DNA of 63,661 nt, filler included, from Octopus bimaculoides (lineage: Eukaryota), in NCBI RefSeq assembly GCF_001194135.2. It is 9 parts of 8 records of this genome, joined end to end, with 100 filler letters (N's around TTAATTAATTAA, not from the genome) between each part and the next. Parts side by side here need not be neighbours in the genome. Positions count along the whole stretch, not along the records: positions 1 to 10,900 come from NC_068986.1; positions 11,001 to 26,232 come from NC_069002.1; 7 more parts are not named here. One strand, given 5' to 3'. Numbering within the stretch: the first letter of the stretch is position 1; every line of letters starts with the position of its first letter. Both the position numbers and the translations under genes were made by a program. Under the pieces are notes generated by a model, which saw only the letters and a program-made list of their open reading frames with translations, was not told the DNA's origin and searched no databases. Below are positions 1-13,479 of this stretch, piece after piece.

Positions 1-27
1 ATATATATATATATATATATATACATT

Positions 28-470
28 ATCATCATCATCATCATCATTTAATGTCTGCTTTCTATGCTGGCATGGGTTGGACAGTTTGACAGCAGCTGGT
101 AAAAGACTGCACCAGATTTTATTGTCAGTTTTGGCATGGTTTTTACAGCTGGATGCCCTTCCTAACACCATCCACTCTGCAGAGTGAACTGAGTGCTTTT
201 TATGTGACACCAGCACAAGCAAGGTCAGTTTTGGCAAGGATTTTACAACTGGATGCCCTTCCAGATGCTAACCACTTTACAGTGTGAAGTGGATGTTTTT
301 TATGTGGCACCAGCATTGGCAGGATCACCCAGTAAATTGCAAGAGAAAAATCCTTTTGAGAGGGGAGGGGGCATTGGAAGAGGTGATCTTGTGCCAGTTG
401 ATGAAAGGCTAGAGTGTGACAGAAAGACAGAGTCAAGTGCTTTGCTGTAGAGGTGATACATGGTTATCTG
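28..470 (-). mobile_element. RTE-clade LINE 3' end, old copy
   Basis: (ATC)n tail followed by tttaatgtctgctttctatgctggcatgggttggacag, the same 3' terminus seen at about 4886, 10576 and 44231. Confidence 0.75.
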
Positions 471-689
471 GTCAGAGAGAGAGGGAGAAAGAGAGAGTGA
501 TCAAGAATGAGAGAGAGAGTGGAAGAGAGTGAGAGTAGAAGAGAGAGCAGGAAAGAGATGATGAAGTGTCACGGCATACTCACAAGGAACAAGGATCAGA
601 ATATAAGTGGGATGATAGAGTAGAGCAAAAGTGAGATAAATGGTGGCGAAGAACTGGGGCTTACCCTCAAGGTATGGGGGTCAAAATAT

Positions 690-1400
690 AAATGGTAGGG
701 TATTGCCAAAAGGAGTAAAGATTTCACATGAATGCAAAGAAGTGGGGGCAACAGGATAGCAATGATCCAGTGACCAGTGCTGTGAGGACAGGATTGGGGA
801 GTGAGTGATAAGCATAAACATGGCAGTGAGATGTGGAGACTCTACTCCAGACTGGAGTGGTGTCTCAGCATCTTTCACTTCTGTAATTTGAGACACATCT
901 TGGATATCAAGTGGACTGACCACATCACCAAAGTCTTCAACCACACCAAAATACCCAGCATATTCAACCCTGCTCCAGCAGCGTCATCTGTGCTGGCTCA
1001 GTCATGTACATTGCATGCCAGACTGGAAGATCCCAAAAGACCTCCTGTATAGGGAATTGTCCACCAGCACAAGAGCACGTGGATGACCTCATCTTCATTT
1101 CAAGGATGTCTGCAAGAGGGATATGAAGTCACTTGATCTGGACATCTTAAGATGGGAGGAGGTTGCAAATGATTGCCCACGCTGGAGACAGGGGAACAAA
1201 AACAGGAACTTGCCATTAAAGAAAAGCACACTCAACAGAAGGAAAAACCAGTAGCACCCACAGAGTACTCTTTCAAATGCAGTCACTGTATACATGACTG
1301 CCACTCCCATGTGGGCCTCTACAACCACAACAGATGCTGCACCACCATCAGCAGCTGACATAATTTCTTTGGGTGCAAATCCATGACCTCTCAAAACTGA
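690..1400 (+). mobile_element. RTE/BovB-like LINE C-terminal fragment
   Basis: Broken frames give DICKRDMKSLDLDILRWEEVANDCPRWRQ and the terminal zinc-finger-like CSHCIHDCHSHVGLYNH. Confidence 0.65.
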
Positions 1401-1419
1401 CAGATGCTTACTACTAGTG

Positions 1420-2890
1420 CATGAGAAAGAGGAAATGTGGTGAAGTGATGTAGTTTGGTTTGTTAGGGTAGGATGTGTGAAAAGTTTTGTAGAACTCAGT
1501 TTTGCTGAAGTGGGTGGGTCTTCTCAAGAACCTAATATTGCCAGACATCCTGCTCCATTGTCATCTCCATGAGCATTTAGTTTTGAACTCCTCTGTTATG
1601 GCCTGGAGGACTATGATGAATAAGATCGGTCCTCACTACTTCATCTATGTCTTCCTGGGTCTCCTTCTTTCACAGGTACCATCCACTTCCCTTGATCAGC
1701 ACTTCTTCATACAGCTATCTTCATTCCAATGCATCACATGTCCAGACCAATGTAGTCTTCTCTCTTGCATGCTGCATCTGATTTCTCTTATGCCCAACTT
1801 TTCTCTCAACACATTTGTACTTTGTTGTACATCCACCACTGATGTTGCACATCCAACAGAGCACACTACCTTCATTCCTCTCTAGCCTATGCATATCTTC
1901 TGGATTCAGAGCTCATGTCTCACTACCATGGAGTATAACTGTTAGTACACAAGCATCACACAATCTACCTTTCACTCTGAGAGAGAGAGAGAACACTTGT
2001 TGCCAACAGAGGTAAAAGCTCACTGAACTTGCTCCATTCTATTCTTATTCAAGAAACAATACTTTCAGAACATCCTCCACAATTGCTAATTTGGTCGCCT
2101 AGGCAACAAAGACCATCTACAACTTCAAGAGAGCCTCCTGGGCATTTGAGATAGTCTGATTGTTTCCTTAATGCTTTTTGTTCCTGCACATCTGCCACAT
2201 ATGAAGATGATTTTATCTGTTAATCTGCCTGAGATTCCACTGCACCTCTTATGTGTCCATAACTTACACTGGGTGCAGCAAATGGAATTACTTCCAACTC
2301 ATTTCCTACATATTGAGCAGGGCCATTTACTTGATGGAAAGAGATTTACCTGCTTTTTTGCTAACAACAACTTTGGTCTTCACTAAGTTAACTTTAAGGT
2401 CTCTCAATTCCAGGTTTTGTTTCCATACCTGGAAATTCTTCTCAAAATCTGCTACAGATTCTACAATAAGAGTGAGGTCATCAGCATATAGAAGTTTCCA
2501 TGGGCATTTAGTTTTGAACTCCTCTGTTATGGCCTGGAGGACTATGATGAATAAGAGTGAATTGAGAACTGAGCCCTAATGAATCCCTACTTGTATGCTA
2601 AATTCATCACTGTATTCATGGTCGATTCTCACCCTACTGACAGCATCACTGTATATGGCTTGCATAGTTCTAACAAACTACTCATCTACTCCTAACTTCC
2701 TTAGAATACCAGATAACAGAGCAAGGGACTCTGTCAAAAGCTTCTCCAAGGTGACAAAAGTCAAATACACTGACTTACTTTTGGCCTAATACTTTTCCTG
2801 CAGCAAGGAAGATGACATCTGTGGTACTTTTCCCAGGTACAAAACCAAACTGCATCTCATCTAGTTTAATTCTATTCCTAATCAATAGAA
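1420..2890 (-). mobile_element. RTE LINE reverse-transcriptase fragments, rearranged
   Basis: Minus frames include LDEMQFGFVPGKSTTD, FIIVLQAITEEFKTKCPW..LYADD and RPRKT motifs, with stops and frameshifts. Confidence 0.8.
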
Positions 2891-3189
2891 TATATATATA
2901 TATATATATANNNNNNNNNNNNNNNNNNNNNNNNNNNNNNNNNNNNNNNNNNNNNNNNNNNNNNNNNNNNNNNNNNNNNNNNNNNNNNNNNNNNNNNNNN
3001 NNNNNNNNNNNNNNNNNNNNNNNNNNNNNNNNNNNNNNNNNNNNNNNNNNNNNNNNNNNNNNNNNNNNNNNNNNNNNNNNNNNNNNNNNNNNNNNNNNNN
3101 NNNNNNNNNNNNNNNNNNNNNNNNNNNNNNNNNNNNNNNNNNNNNNNNNTATATATATATATATATATATATATTTATACACACATATA

Positions 3190-4074
3190 CATGAGAGCTT
3201 CTACCTCTCTTGGTAACAAAGGGCCTCTCCTTCAGAGTGAAATTGTATGATGCCTGTGTGTGAACACCTATGCTTACACACCAGTGAAACATGGGCTGTG
3301 ACTACAGAGGACATGCAAAGGTGAAAAAGAAATGAAGCTAGTATACTTTGCTGGCTGTGCAATGTCAGTGTGCATGTACAACTGAGTGTGAGAAAAACTG
3401 GGCATAAAAACTTGAGAGAAAAACTGGGCATAAAAGGCATCAGATGTGGTGTGCAAGAGAGACAACTGCACTGGTATGATCATATGATGCATATGGATGA
3501 GGACAGCTGTGTAAAGAAGTCTCAATCTCTAACTGTGGAGGGAACCTATGGAAGAGGTAGATCCAGGAAGTCATGGTATGAGGTGGTGAAGTATGATCTT
3601 CAAATGTTGGGCCTCACGGAGGTGATGACAAATGACCAAGACCTTTGGTAATATGCTGTGCTTGAGAAGACCCATCAAGCCAAGTGAAACTGACTGTAGT
3701 TGTGGCCGTTGCTGGCGTCATGTAAACGGCACCCATGAAATTGTAATCATGGCCATTGCCAGTAGAATGATCTTCAAATGTTGGGCCTCATGGAGGCAAT
3801 GGCAAGTGACCAAGACCTTTGGCGTTTTGCTGTGCTTGAGAAGACTCGTCAAGCAGAGTGAAATCATAGTCACAGCTGTTGCCAGTTTCATGTAAATGGT
3901 ACCTGTTCTGGTAGCACGTAAAAAGTACTCAATACACTCTTGGAGTGGTTGGTGTTAGGAAGGGCATCCAGCTGTAGAAACCATGCCAAATCAAACTGGA
4001 ATCTGGTGCAGCTCTCTGGCTTACCAGTTCCAGTCAAACCATTTAACCCATGCGAGCATGGAAAGCAGATGTTA

Positions 4075-4107
<33 letters not shown>

Positions 4108-4110
4108 GAT
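3190..4110 (+). mobile_element. RTE LINE 3' half with duplicated 3' units and (GAT)n tail
   Basis: ORF 3370-3651 has GVQERQLHWYDHMMHMDEDSCVKK and GRGRSRKSWYEVVK; (GAT)n tail at about 4075-4110. Confidence 0.8.
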
Positions 4111-4149
4111 GATATACATATAGATAAAGATAGATATGGCTGGTCTAGG

Positions 4150-4885
4150 AGGTTACCTTGGGTTTCACATCCATGAAATGCTTAGCTTTAAAGCGTTTCC
4201 CCAGACTCCAAACCTGCTGGCCTATGGCTTCTCTAGTAAGTGGCCTCTCTAGAAAATGGAGGAGGAAAAGACTTTGTTACTATATGTCAACATAAATGTC
4301 ATTATGCATGCCAGGAAAACAGTGTTGTTCAATAAAGATTTGACCTGGATCAAGCAATCCGACCATGTATGCTCTTTTGATGTAGCAATGGTGGCCTATG
4401 ACAGTGCTCATTTATGCAACCTCATCGGATCATATATCCTCAATGCCCTTATGAAGAATTTCCCCTCTATCCTCTTTGGTCTCTACAGGGATGATTCCCA
4501 ACGGGCACACCCTAGACAGACTTAGGAAAGATCTAATTAGCACCATTGACTCCATGGAACTGAAAATCACTATCAAGACCAATTTCACCTACACGGACTT
4601 CTTAGATATTACACTTGACTTGGGCTCCGGTACATACAGGCCCTAACACAAACCAAATGAGAGGCTGACAGGCATCAATACAGCCTACTGTCACCCAACC
4701 ATCATATTAAAAAACCTGGTGAAGGATGTTAGCAAGAGGACCACAAAACTTTCTTCTAGCTGAGAGATTTTTGATGCAGCAGCCTCCTACTATAAGCAGA
4801 TTTAGGGACTGTATCTCTTACATGCCAGGCCCCAATACCTGCAGAAGGAAGTGCCATAGGAATATCATTTGGTTTTCCCCCTCCC
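4150..4885 (+). mobile_element. Penelope-like element RT fragment
   Basis: ORF 4256-4525 has FDVAMVAYDSAHLCNLIGSYIL and FGLYRDD, followed by DFLDITLDLGSGTYRP: Penelope/Neptune-type RT motifs. Confidence 0.75.
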
Positions 4886-6280
4886 TCATCATCATCATCA
4901 TCATCATCGTTTAACGTCCGCTTTCCATGCTAGCATGGGTTGGACGACTTGACTGAGGACTGGTGAAACCGGATGGCAACACCAGGCTCCAGTCTGATTT
5001 GGCAGAGTTTCTACAGCTGGATGCCCTTCCTAACGCCAACCACTCGGNNNNNNNNNNNNNNNNNNNNNNNNNNNNNNNNNNNNNNNNNNNNNNNNNNNNN
5101 NNNNNNNNNNNNNNNNNNNNNNNNNNNNNNNNNNNNNNNNNNNNNNNNNNNNNNNNNNNNNNNNNNNNNNNNNNNNNNNNNNNNNNNNNNNNNNNNNNNN
5201 NNNNNNNNNNNNNNNNNNNNNNNNNNNNNNNNNNNNNNNNNNNNNNNNNNNNNNNNNNNNNNNNNNNNNNNNNNNNNNNNNNNNNNNNNNNNNNNNNNNN
5301 NNNNNNNNNNNNNNNNNNNNNNNNNNNNNNNNNNNNNNNNNNNNNNNNNNNNNNNNNNNNNNNNNNNNNNNNNNNNNNNNNNNNNNNNNNNNNNNNNNNN
5401 NNNNNNNNNNNNNNNNNNNNNNNNNNNNNNNNNNNNNNNNNNNNNNNNNNNNNNNNNNNNNNNNNNNNNNNNNNNNNNNNNNNNNNNNNNNNNNNNNNNN
5501 NNNNNNNNNNNNNNNNNNNNNNNNNNNNNNNNNNNNNNNNNNNNNNNNNNNNNNNNNNNNNNNNNNNNNNNNNNNNNNNNNNNNNNNNNNNNNNNNNNNN
5601 NNNNNNNNNNNNNNNNNNNNNNNNNNNNNNNNNNNNNNNNNNNNNNNNNNNNNNNNNNNNNNNNNNNNNNNNNNNNNNNNNNNNNNNNNNNNNNNNNNNN
5701 NNNNNNNNNNNNNNNNNNNNNNNNNNNNNNNNNNNNNNNNNNNNNNNNNNNNNNNNNNNNNNNNNNNNNNNNNNNNNNNNNNNNNNNNNNNNNNNNNNNN
5801 NNNNNNNNNNNNNNNNNNNNNNNNNNNNNNNNNNNNNNNNNNNNNNNNNNNNNNNNNNNNNNNNNNNNNNNNNNNNNNNNNNNNNNNNNNNNNNNNNNNN
5901 NNNNNNNNNNNNNNNNNNNNNNNNNNNNNNNNNNNNNNNNNNNATAGAAGTTGTTTCCTGTTTGTTTGCAGTCTTTATTGCACCTGAACATCTGCCACAA
6001 ACAAAAACTAACTTGCTAGTTAACCTGCCTTTGATGTTGCTGCACCTCTTATGTGTCCATAGCTTGCACCGGGTACATCTTATAGAGTTACTACCTACTC
6101 CTTTTCTACATACTGAGCAGGGCCATCTACCTGAAGGGGTTTGTGTTTTATCTACCTTCCTACTTATTAGGATTTTGGTTTTAGCTAGGTTGACTCTAAG
6201 GCCCTTCAATTCTATACCTTGCTTCCACACCTGAAACTTCTCCTCTAGTTCTGATAGTGACCTTCAACATAAAAATGTGT
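4886..6280 (-). mobile_element. RTE LINE copy spanning a gap
   Basis: Minus frame GLRVNLAKTKILIS..RWPCSVCRKGVGSNSIRCTRCKLWTHKRCS, plus a young 3' end with (ATC)n at 4886-4908. Confidence 0.8.
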
Positions 6281-6499
6281 CTAGGTAGGATATTCCTATG
6301 GCTAGTAGATAAACACTTCACATGATCACATAAGTTTGGATGCATTTTCAAAAGTCACAACCTAAGGGTCTCTTTTAGCTGTGTACCCAATATTAGGAGC
6401 ATTCTAGTTAACAACCCTAGACCATGGGTGGAGGCAGGAGGCTCATGCAGGGACCACAACAGATGCCCAGTGGGAGGCAATTGTGAAAGCAACGAAGTC

Positions 6500-6990
6500 A
6501 TCTATGAAGCTGAGGTGGTAGCCAACCCTAATAGCAACATCAGCAGCCTTCTCAGTGACTAGTACAGTACCAATAGCAACAACAGCAACCTGAACAGAAC
6601 TAGCAGCAAGCACCACTGTCAGTAATAACAATAACAGCAATGGCAACATCCAGAACAAAGTTAGTAACAGCACCATCGCCAATGATAACAATAATAACAG
6701 TGACAACATGATAACAGACAACAGCTCCAGCAACACCAACAATGATGGCTATAACACCACCAACAGCGTCACCATCAATGATGTCCCCTATGCCAACATT
6801 AATGGCACCAGCACCAGTACAAACGCCAATGCCAGCTTTAACAACTCTGATGCCAACACCAACACCAGCAACAGCAGTAGGAGCAGTGTCAACATCAACA
6901 GAAACAGCATCGCCAACATCTGCACACAAAGATACATCGGATGTTCCAGAAACACATTCAAGCCACATTTTGGGAAGGAAGCCAGATGAG
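6500..6990 (+). repeat. Cryptic (AAC/AGC/ACC)-rich low-complexity tract
   Basis: Degenerate triplet repeats; ORFs in several frames on both strands with strongly biased composition. Confidence 0.6.
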
Positions 6991-7699
6991 TAAGACATTG
7001 TACCTAGATAGGCCAGCAGAAAGGGTACTACAGTAGGGGTTATAAATTACCATGCCATTAAGGGTTTGTCTGCTTGCTCCACATATACACCCATATGCAG
7101 ATATATAGATACACATACATACAGAAATGTATATATAAACAATCTATACATAAATATATACACACAGACTAACATGGGACACAAACATGCACACACACAC
7201 ACACATATTTGTAAATAGTAAGGGATTACTCCAAACATTTACTGGTTTGCTCTCAGGTATTCAAAATACGTTATTGAAACATGTACAATCCATATAAAGC
7301 TGTATATATATATATATATATATNNNNNNNNNNNNNNNNNNNNNNNNNNNNNNNNNNNNNNNNNNNNNNNNNNNNNNNNNNNNNNNNNNNNNNNNNNNNN
7401 NNNNNNNNNNNNNNNNNNNNNNNNNNNNNNNNNNNNNNNNNNNNNNNNNNNNNNNNNNNNNNNNTATATATAAAATTAAAGGTAATGTTAAGTCACTTTG
7501 TAATAGTCTTTATTTTTATTATTGTAGATAATAATAATAAAGGAATGCCAACTTCAGGAAGCCAGCCAGCCACCTATTAACCTACCAATCAGGTGACTAT
7601 GCAAACCAGATCAATTACATTCTCACTAGACAGCAGGATGCATGGTTACTACTAAATACAAACACCTTCCTTGGTGAAGAATGTACCCCCAGCATAGAC

Positions 7700-9985
7700 T
7701 AGTCATTAGTGACTTTAGACTCCAGACCAGAATGATGCCAAAAAGCAGACCAATCTGGAAAAGAAGGATTTGGAAGATTAAGGACTCCTTCATATGGTCA
7801 GAGATTTAGGGACATCCTAATTGAGAAATTTGATGGGAGGAAGGAGGAGCTACAAACTTCTGACATAAAGGGCAACTGGAAATTCCTGCAGGAGAGCTTG
7901 CTGAGTACCACAGACCAAATCTGTGGTGGGTGCAAAGTCCCATCTATACCTAGGGTGACATGGTTCTGGAACAATGCTGAAGACAGAGCCATTAGAGCAA
8001 AGAAACAGGTCTGGGAGAGTGGGGGTAGCAGGGAACTATTTCAGAAGGGAAGCTAGGAGACAGGTATATCTAGCCAAGGTAGAAGCAGGAAAGAAGTTTG
8101 CCTATGTTCAGTGATGTGAGGACCAAAAACTTGAAGTGGTTTGGATTGCAAGATAGTGTATGAAAGAAAATTGTGATGTCATATGAGAGAAACGTGTCCA
8201 CATAGTTGATGGCACACTTGCATTGATTTCTGCAAAAGAAGAGGCTTGAAAATGCCATTATGAAAGACTGTTGAATGTGGAGAATGAATGGGAGGAGGCG
8301 AGTCTGCCAAATGTTGACCCAACTGAAAAACCAGCTATCTGAATCGACAGTAGTTTGGTAGATAAAGTAATTAAGGATAGATAAAGTAATTAAGGATATG
8401 AAAACAGGGAAAGCCCATCAAGAATCACCGCTGAGATGCTTAAAATATCTGGCGGTGTAGGTTATAGTCTAGTCACCCATATTGTAAATTAGGTGGTTCA
8501 CGAAGGAGTCATACCCAATGATTGGTGTAGCAGCACCATAGTCAACTGCGACAAAGGTAAATGTGATGCCTTAGATAGAAATAATTACAGAAGTATCAAA
8601 TTATTGGATCAGGTGATGAAAGTTACTGAGAGGGTCATAACCCAACTAATTAGGGAGAGACTTCGTCTAGATGAGATGCAGTTTGGTTTTGTGCCAGGGA
8701 GAAGCACCATTAATGCTATATTTCTGGTAAAGCAGCGGCAGGAAAAACATATAGCCAAAGATAAACCTCTGTACTTGGCTTTTGTTGACTTGGAGAAAGC
8801 CTTTGACAGGGTTCCACAATCCTTTATCTGGTAGTCAATGTGGAAATTAGGAATAGACAAGTGACTAGTGAGAGCTGTACAAGCCAAGTACAGGTTCACT
8901 ATCAGTAAGGTGAGGGTTGGCAATGAGTACAGTGAAGAATTCAGGGTACAAGTAGGGGTTCACCAAGGATTGGTGCACAGCCCCCTCTTGTTCATCATAG
9001 TCCGCCGGGTAATAACAGAGGAATTTAAGACAGGCTGCCCCTGGGAGCTCCTCTATGCTGATGACCTTGGTCTTATAGCTGAATCATTACCATAACTAGA
9101 GAAATTTCAGGTATGGCAGCAAGGTTTAGAATCGAAGGGCCTTATAGTTAAGTTAGCAAATACCAAAGTCTCAGTAAGTAGGAAGGCAGACAAATCACCA
9201 ATCCATTTAGATAGATGGCCCTGCTCAATCTGAAGTTGTAGGTAAAAACTCCATAAGATATACCTGGTGTAAGCTATGGACATATAAGAGAGAGGTGCAG
9301 CAATATCAGAGGAAAATAGCTTTTGTACGTGTAAGATGCACAGGTACAATAAACACCAAAAATGTACAGAAAATAGACTCCATCAACTGCCAGAGGGGTA
9401 AGCTAGAGGTAGTAGATAACTTCCGTTATCCTGTGGAACCTGTGGTAGAGGCAGACCTAAGAAGACACGGGACAAGGTGGTGAAGCATGATCTTTGAACT
9501 TTGGGCCTCACAGAGGCAATGACTAGTGATCAAGACCTTTGGCGATATGCTGTGCTTGAGAAGGCCTATCAAGCCAAGTGAAACCGTGGTTGTGGCTGCT
9601 GCTGGAGTCACATAACTGGCACCCAAGCTGGTGGCATGTAAAAAGCATCATTCAGGCGTTGAGCCTCACAGTGGTAAGATGGCCAATGTCAATGACATGT
9701 AAAAAGCACTTTTCAAATGATCGAGACCTTTGATACAATGCTGTGCTTGAGAAGACCCATCAAGCCAAGTAAAATCATAGATGTGGCAGATACTAGTGTT
9801 ATGCAAATAGCACCCGTGCCACTGACATGTAAAAGCATCCATTATACTCTCACAATGGTTGGCGTTAAGAAGGGCATCTATCCTGCTAAATCAGACTGGA
9901 GTCTGGTGCAGCCTTCCAGCTTGCCAGCCCTTGTCAAACCATCCAACCCATGCCAACATGGACAACGGACATTAAATGATGATGA
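7700..9985 (+). mobile_element. RTE LINE, large decayed copy (RT domain and 3' end)
   Basis: ORF 8493-8834 NNYRSIKLLDQVMKV, QFGFVPGRSTINAIF, AFVDLEKAFDRVP; ORF 8868-9095 GVHQGLVHSPLLF and LLYADDL; gatgatgat tail near 9980. Confidence 0.9.
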
Positions 9986-10575
9986 TATATACACACACAC
10001 ACAAACTGATAATAATACAATAATGTGGATAATCCACCCCACATGCATATCATTGGGTATGTATGCTATCAATAACAATAACAAGAGCACTCAGAGAGTG
10101 CAAACCTCCACCAAGGCGACACCAACATTCTCTCAACAATTAGAAAGAGATGATTTTTAAAATGAGAATATCTGAAATAAACTCGACTGCTCTTACAAAC
10201 GAGAATACTAAAAATGAACCCAACCAATCTCAAAAGTTAAGTGAAAAAACCAGAAAAATAATTCAGAATCCTTGTCTGGTACCTAATCATTCCCAATGGT
10301 AATCATGGAATGTGAAGGTGGCTTTAGAAAATTTAGTAACAGTAATAAATAGTTTATCCTTATTTAATAGAAGCCAAAGTTAAATTCACCATTCAAAATA
10401 GTTTCAAAGGCGGAGGTAATAATAATAAGCTCTACTCAAGAATTTTTAAATGAATAGAATTAAACCATTTGGCTCGCTCTTCTCTTAAGTTCCAGCCTTC
10501 CTTTAGTATTCCTGTTGTTTTAGATTGATGTATATCTGTAGGTATATATGTAAGCATACTGTAAAGTGTTAATAT

Positions 10576-10900
10576 CATCATCATCATCATCGTTTAACGT
10601 CCGCTTTCCATGCTAGCATGGGTTGGACGACTTGACTGAGGACTGGTGAAACCGGATGGCAACACCAGGCTCCAATCTAAATTTGGCAGAGTTTCTACAG
10701 CTGGATGCCCCTCCTAACGCCAACCACTCAGAGAGTGTAGTAGGTGCTTTTACGTGTCACCTGCACGAAGGCCAGTCAGGCGATACTGGCAACGGCCACG
10801 CTCGAAATGGTGTCTTTTATGTGCCACCCGCACAAGCCAGTCCAGGGGCATTGGCAACGATCTCGCTCGAAAATCCTACGGAAGCCAGTCGGGCGGTACT
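10576..10900 (-). mobile_element. Young RTE LINE 3' end
   Basis: (ATC)n then gtttaacgtccgctttccatgctagcatgggttggacg, near-identical to 4890-5047; CpGs intact. Confidence 0.8.
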
Positions 10901-11616
10901 NNNNNNNNNNNNNNNNNNNNNNNNNNNNNNNNNNNNNNNNNNNNTTAATTAATTAANNNNNNNNNNNNNNNNNNNNNNNNNNNNNNNNNNNNNNNNNNNN
11001 ATATATATATATATATACAAATATATATATATATTCATACATATACACGCAGAGAAAGAGAGAGACACACACATTAGTAGTATAATCAAAGGATTGTTTA
11101 TACTACAGATGTAGTATAAACGGGCGGTTGGTCATCCAATCCTTTGTACTTTGACGTTATATAAATCAGATTTATCAATTGTATCTCAAGCAGAGCTCCA
11201 CCTCCGGATAATTTCAGAAACATTATCATTGTCACACCTTCAGGCATGTGTTATTATCAGGCTTATTCCTGCATTTACCTATTTTTATTAATACATTCAC
11301 TTATATTGTACACCCACACCTTCCTCTCTCTCATTTACGCACACGCACCCAAGACACACACACTTACTGAAAGACTCGCAACTACATATACAAGCATACA
11401 GTAGAGACACTTATGCATAAAGTCAAATGACTAGAAATTTCTTTCTCGCTATATGTATGTATGTTTGCCTATGCATGTGTCCATATACCTACCTACCCAC
11501 CTACCTACCCACCTACCTACCTACCTACCTACCTACCTGCCTACCTACATACATATATACATATATACATACATACATACACACACATACATACATATAT
11601 GCATATAGATTTATAC

Positions 11617-11660
<44 letters not shown>

Positions 11661-12099
11661 NNNNNNNNNNNNNNNNNNNNNNNNNNNNNNNNNNNNNNNN
11701 NNNNNNNNNNNNNNNNNNNNNNNNNNNNNNNNNNNNNNNNNNNNNNNNNNNNNNNNNNNNNNNNNNNNNNNNNNNNNNNNNNNNNNNNNNNNNNNNNNNN
11801 NNNNNNNNNNNNNNNNNNNNNNNNNNNNNNNNNNNNNNNNNNNNNNNNNNNNNNNNNNNNNNNNNNNNNNNNNNNNNNNNNNNNNNNNNNNNNNNNNNNN
11901 NNNNNNNNNNNNNNNNNNNNNNNNNNNNNNNNNNNNNNNNNNNNNNNNNNNNNNNNNNNNNNNNNNNNNNNNNNNNNNNNNNNNNNNNNNNNNNNNNNNN
12001 NNNNNNNNNNNNNNNNNNNNNNNNNNNNNNNNNNNNNNNNNNNNNNNNNNNNNNNNNNNNNNNNNNNNNNNNNNNNNNNNNNNNNNNNNNNNNNNNNNN

Positions 12100-12187
<88 letters not shown>

Positions 12188-12445
12188 GGTATATGAACTC
12201 AACTCATCCATACACACACACTCAAGCCAACGTACGTAAACGTTCGTGTATGACTATAGACAGACATGTTTAAGTGCATAATAATTATGTGTGTATATAT
12301 GCTTGTGTGTATACATGTATGTATGTATGTATGTATGTATGACCTCGACTGAGCCAATATATCCGCGGCACACGCGTACACCACATCGATATATGTTTAT
12401 TCAGCTCTCATCACAAGCCATCCTTATCGCCCTGCAAACACAGCT

Positions 12446-12456
12446 GCCGCCATTTT
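12446..12456 (-). promoter_or_regulatory. YY1 motif, candidate TSS region of a minus-strand gene
   Basis: GCCGCCATTTT (AAAATGGCGGC on minus) in CpG-retaining unique sequence. Confidence 0.4.
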
Positions 12457-13268
12457 AGTGTTTGTCTTAAATCTTTTAGCTTCTTTTGTAAATATCGGAA
12501 ATTACAGTTGGAACAATATTTAAAAGAACCTGTTCTCTTTTAGATATGCTCCTTGTTTTTTTATGAAATCATTACAGTTATACCTTGTTATATACTGGTT
12601 ATATATTCATCCTGTTTTAAATAGGTTTATACAATTTTTTTTACTCTTGTTTTTGAATATCTATTTTATGTTATTTATTCTTTCCATTCTAATACTACAT
12701 TCATCGATCTTTTTACCATGTTTCCTTCTTGCTTTCACTCGACCATATTTTCTGTTGCACTAATTCTTAAACTTATTCGTTAACTCTCTGATTTTTCGCC
12801 GTTATCTTTTCATTCTTTATATTCTGATATTTTGTCTGTCCTAGAAATTTTAACTTAACTTCAGTTCGCAACAGCAAATTACTCATGTGACGCATTTTAT
12901 AATAAAGAAACCGTCTCTAATAACAATGCTTACACTTGATGTCCAAGGGACAATAAGCGTGAACGCAAGGATATAATGTCACGCTTCATAAAATTCCGGT
13001 ATTTACTGTTGTTGCGATTTAGTTAATAAATTCTCGTGCAAACTGAAATATTATCAGCATAAAGGCTCAACCAAAATAAGCAAGAACGTACAGGGAAGCA
13101 ATTCAGCTAGCAAGTGAGATGTTTCTGCTTTCATTTATATTTTATTCGTGACTTCGTTCTTTTAATGAACCTGTTTTACCCTTATCCGTGTGCGAATGTT
13201 CTGCGTGTATCCGTGAATACGTACAGTCACACATTCACACACACAAGCACAGATATACACAAATATAT

Positions 13269-13326
<58 letters not shown>

Positions 13327-13411
13327 CATACACATAGACACATATATACTTATAAATAAATATGTGTATATATATACATAGATGTTTATATATAAACATA
13401 TATATGCGTAT

Positions 13412-13451
<40 letters not shown>

Positions 13452-13479
13452 GTATATACACGTTTATATATATTTATGT

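Noticed and set aside
11096-11121. 12-bp-arm palindrome GTTTATACTACA-GA-TGTAGTATAAAC beside a GC box
   Set aside because: Short and AT-rich, with no Helitron CTRR end or other supporting context.
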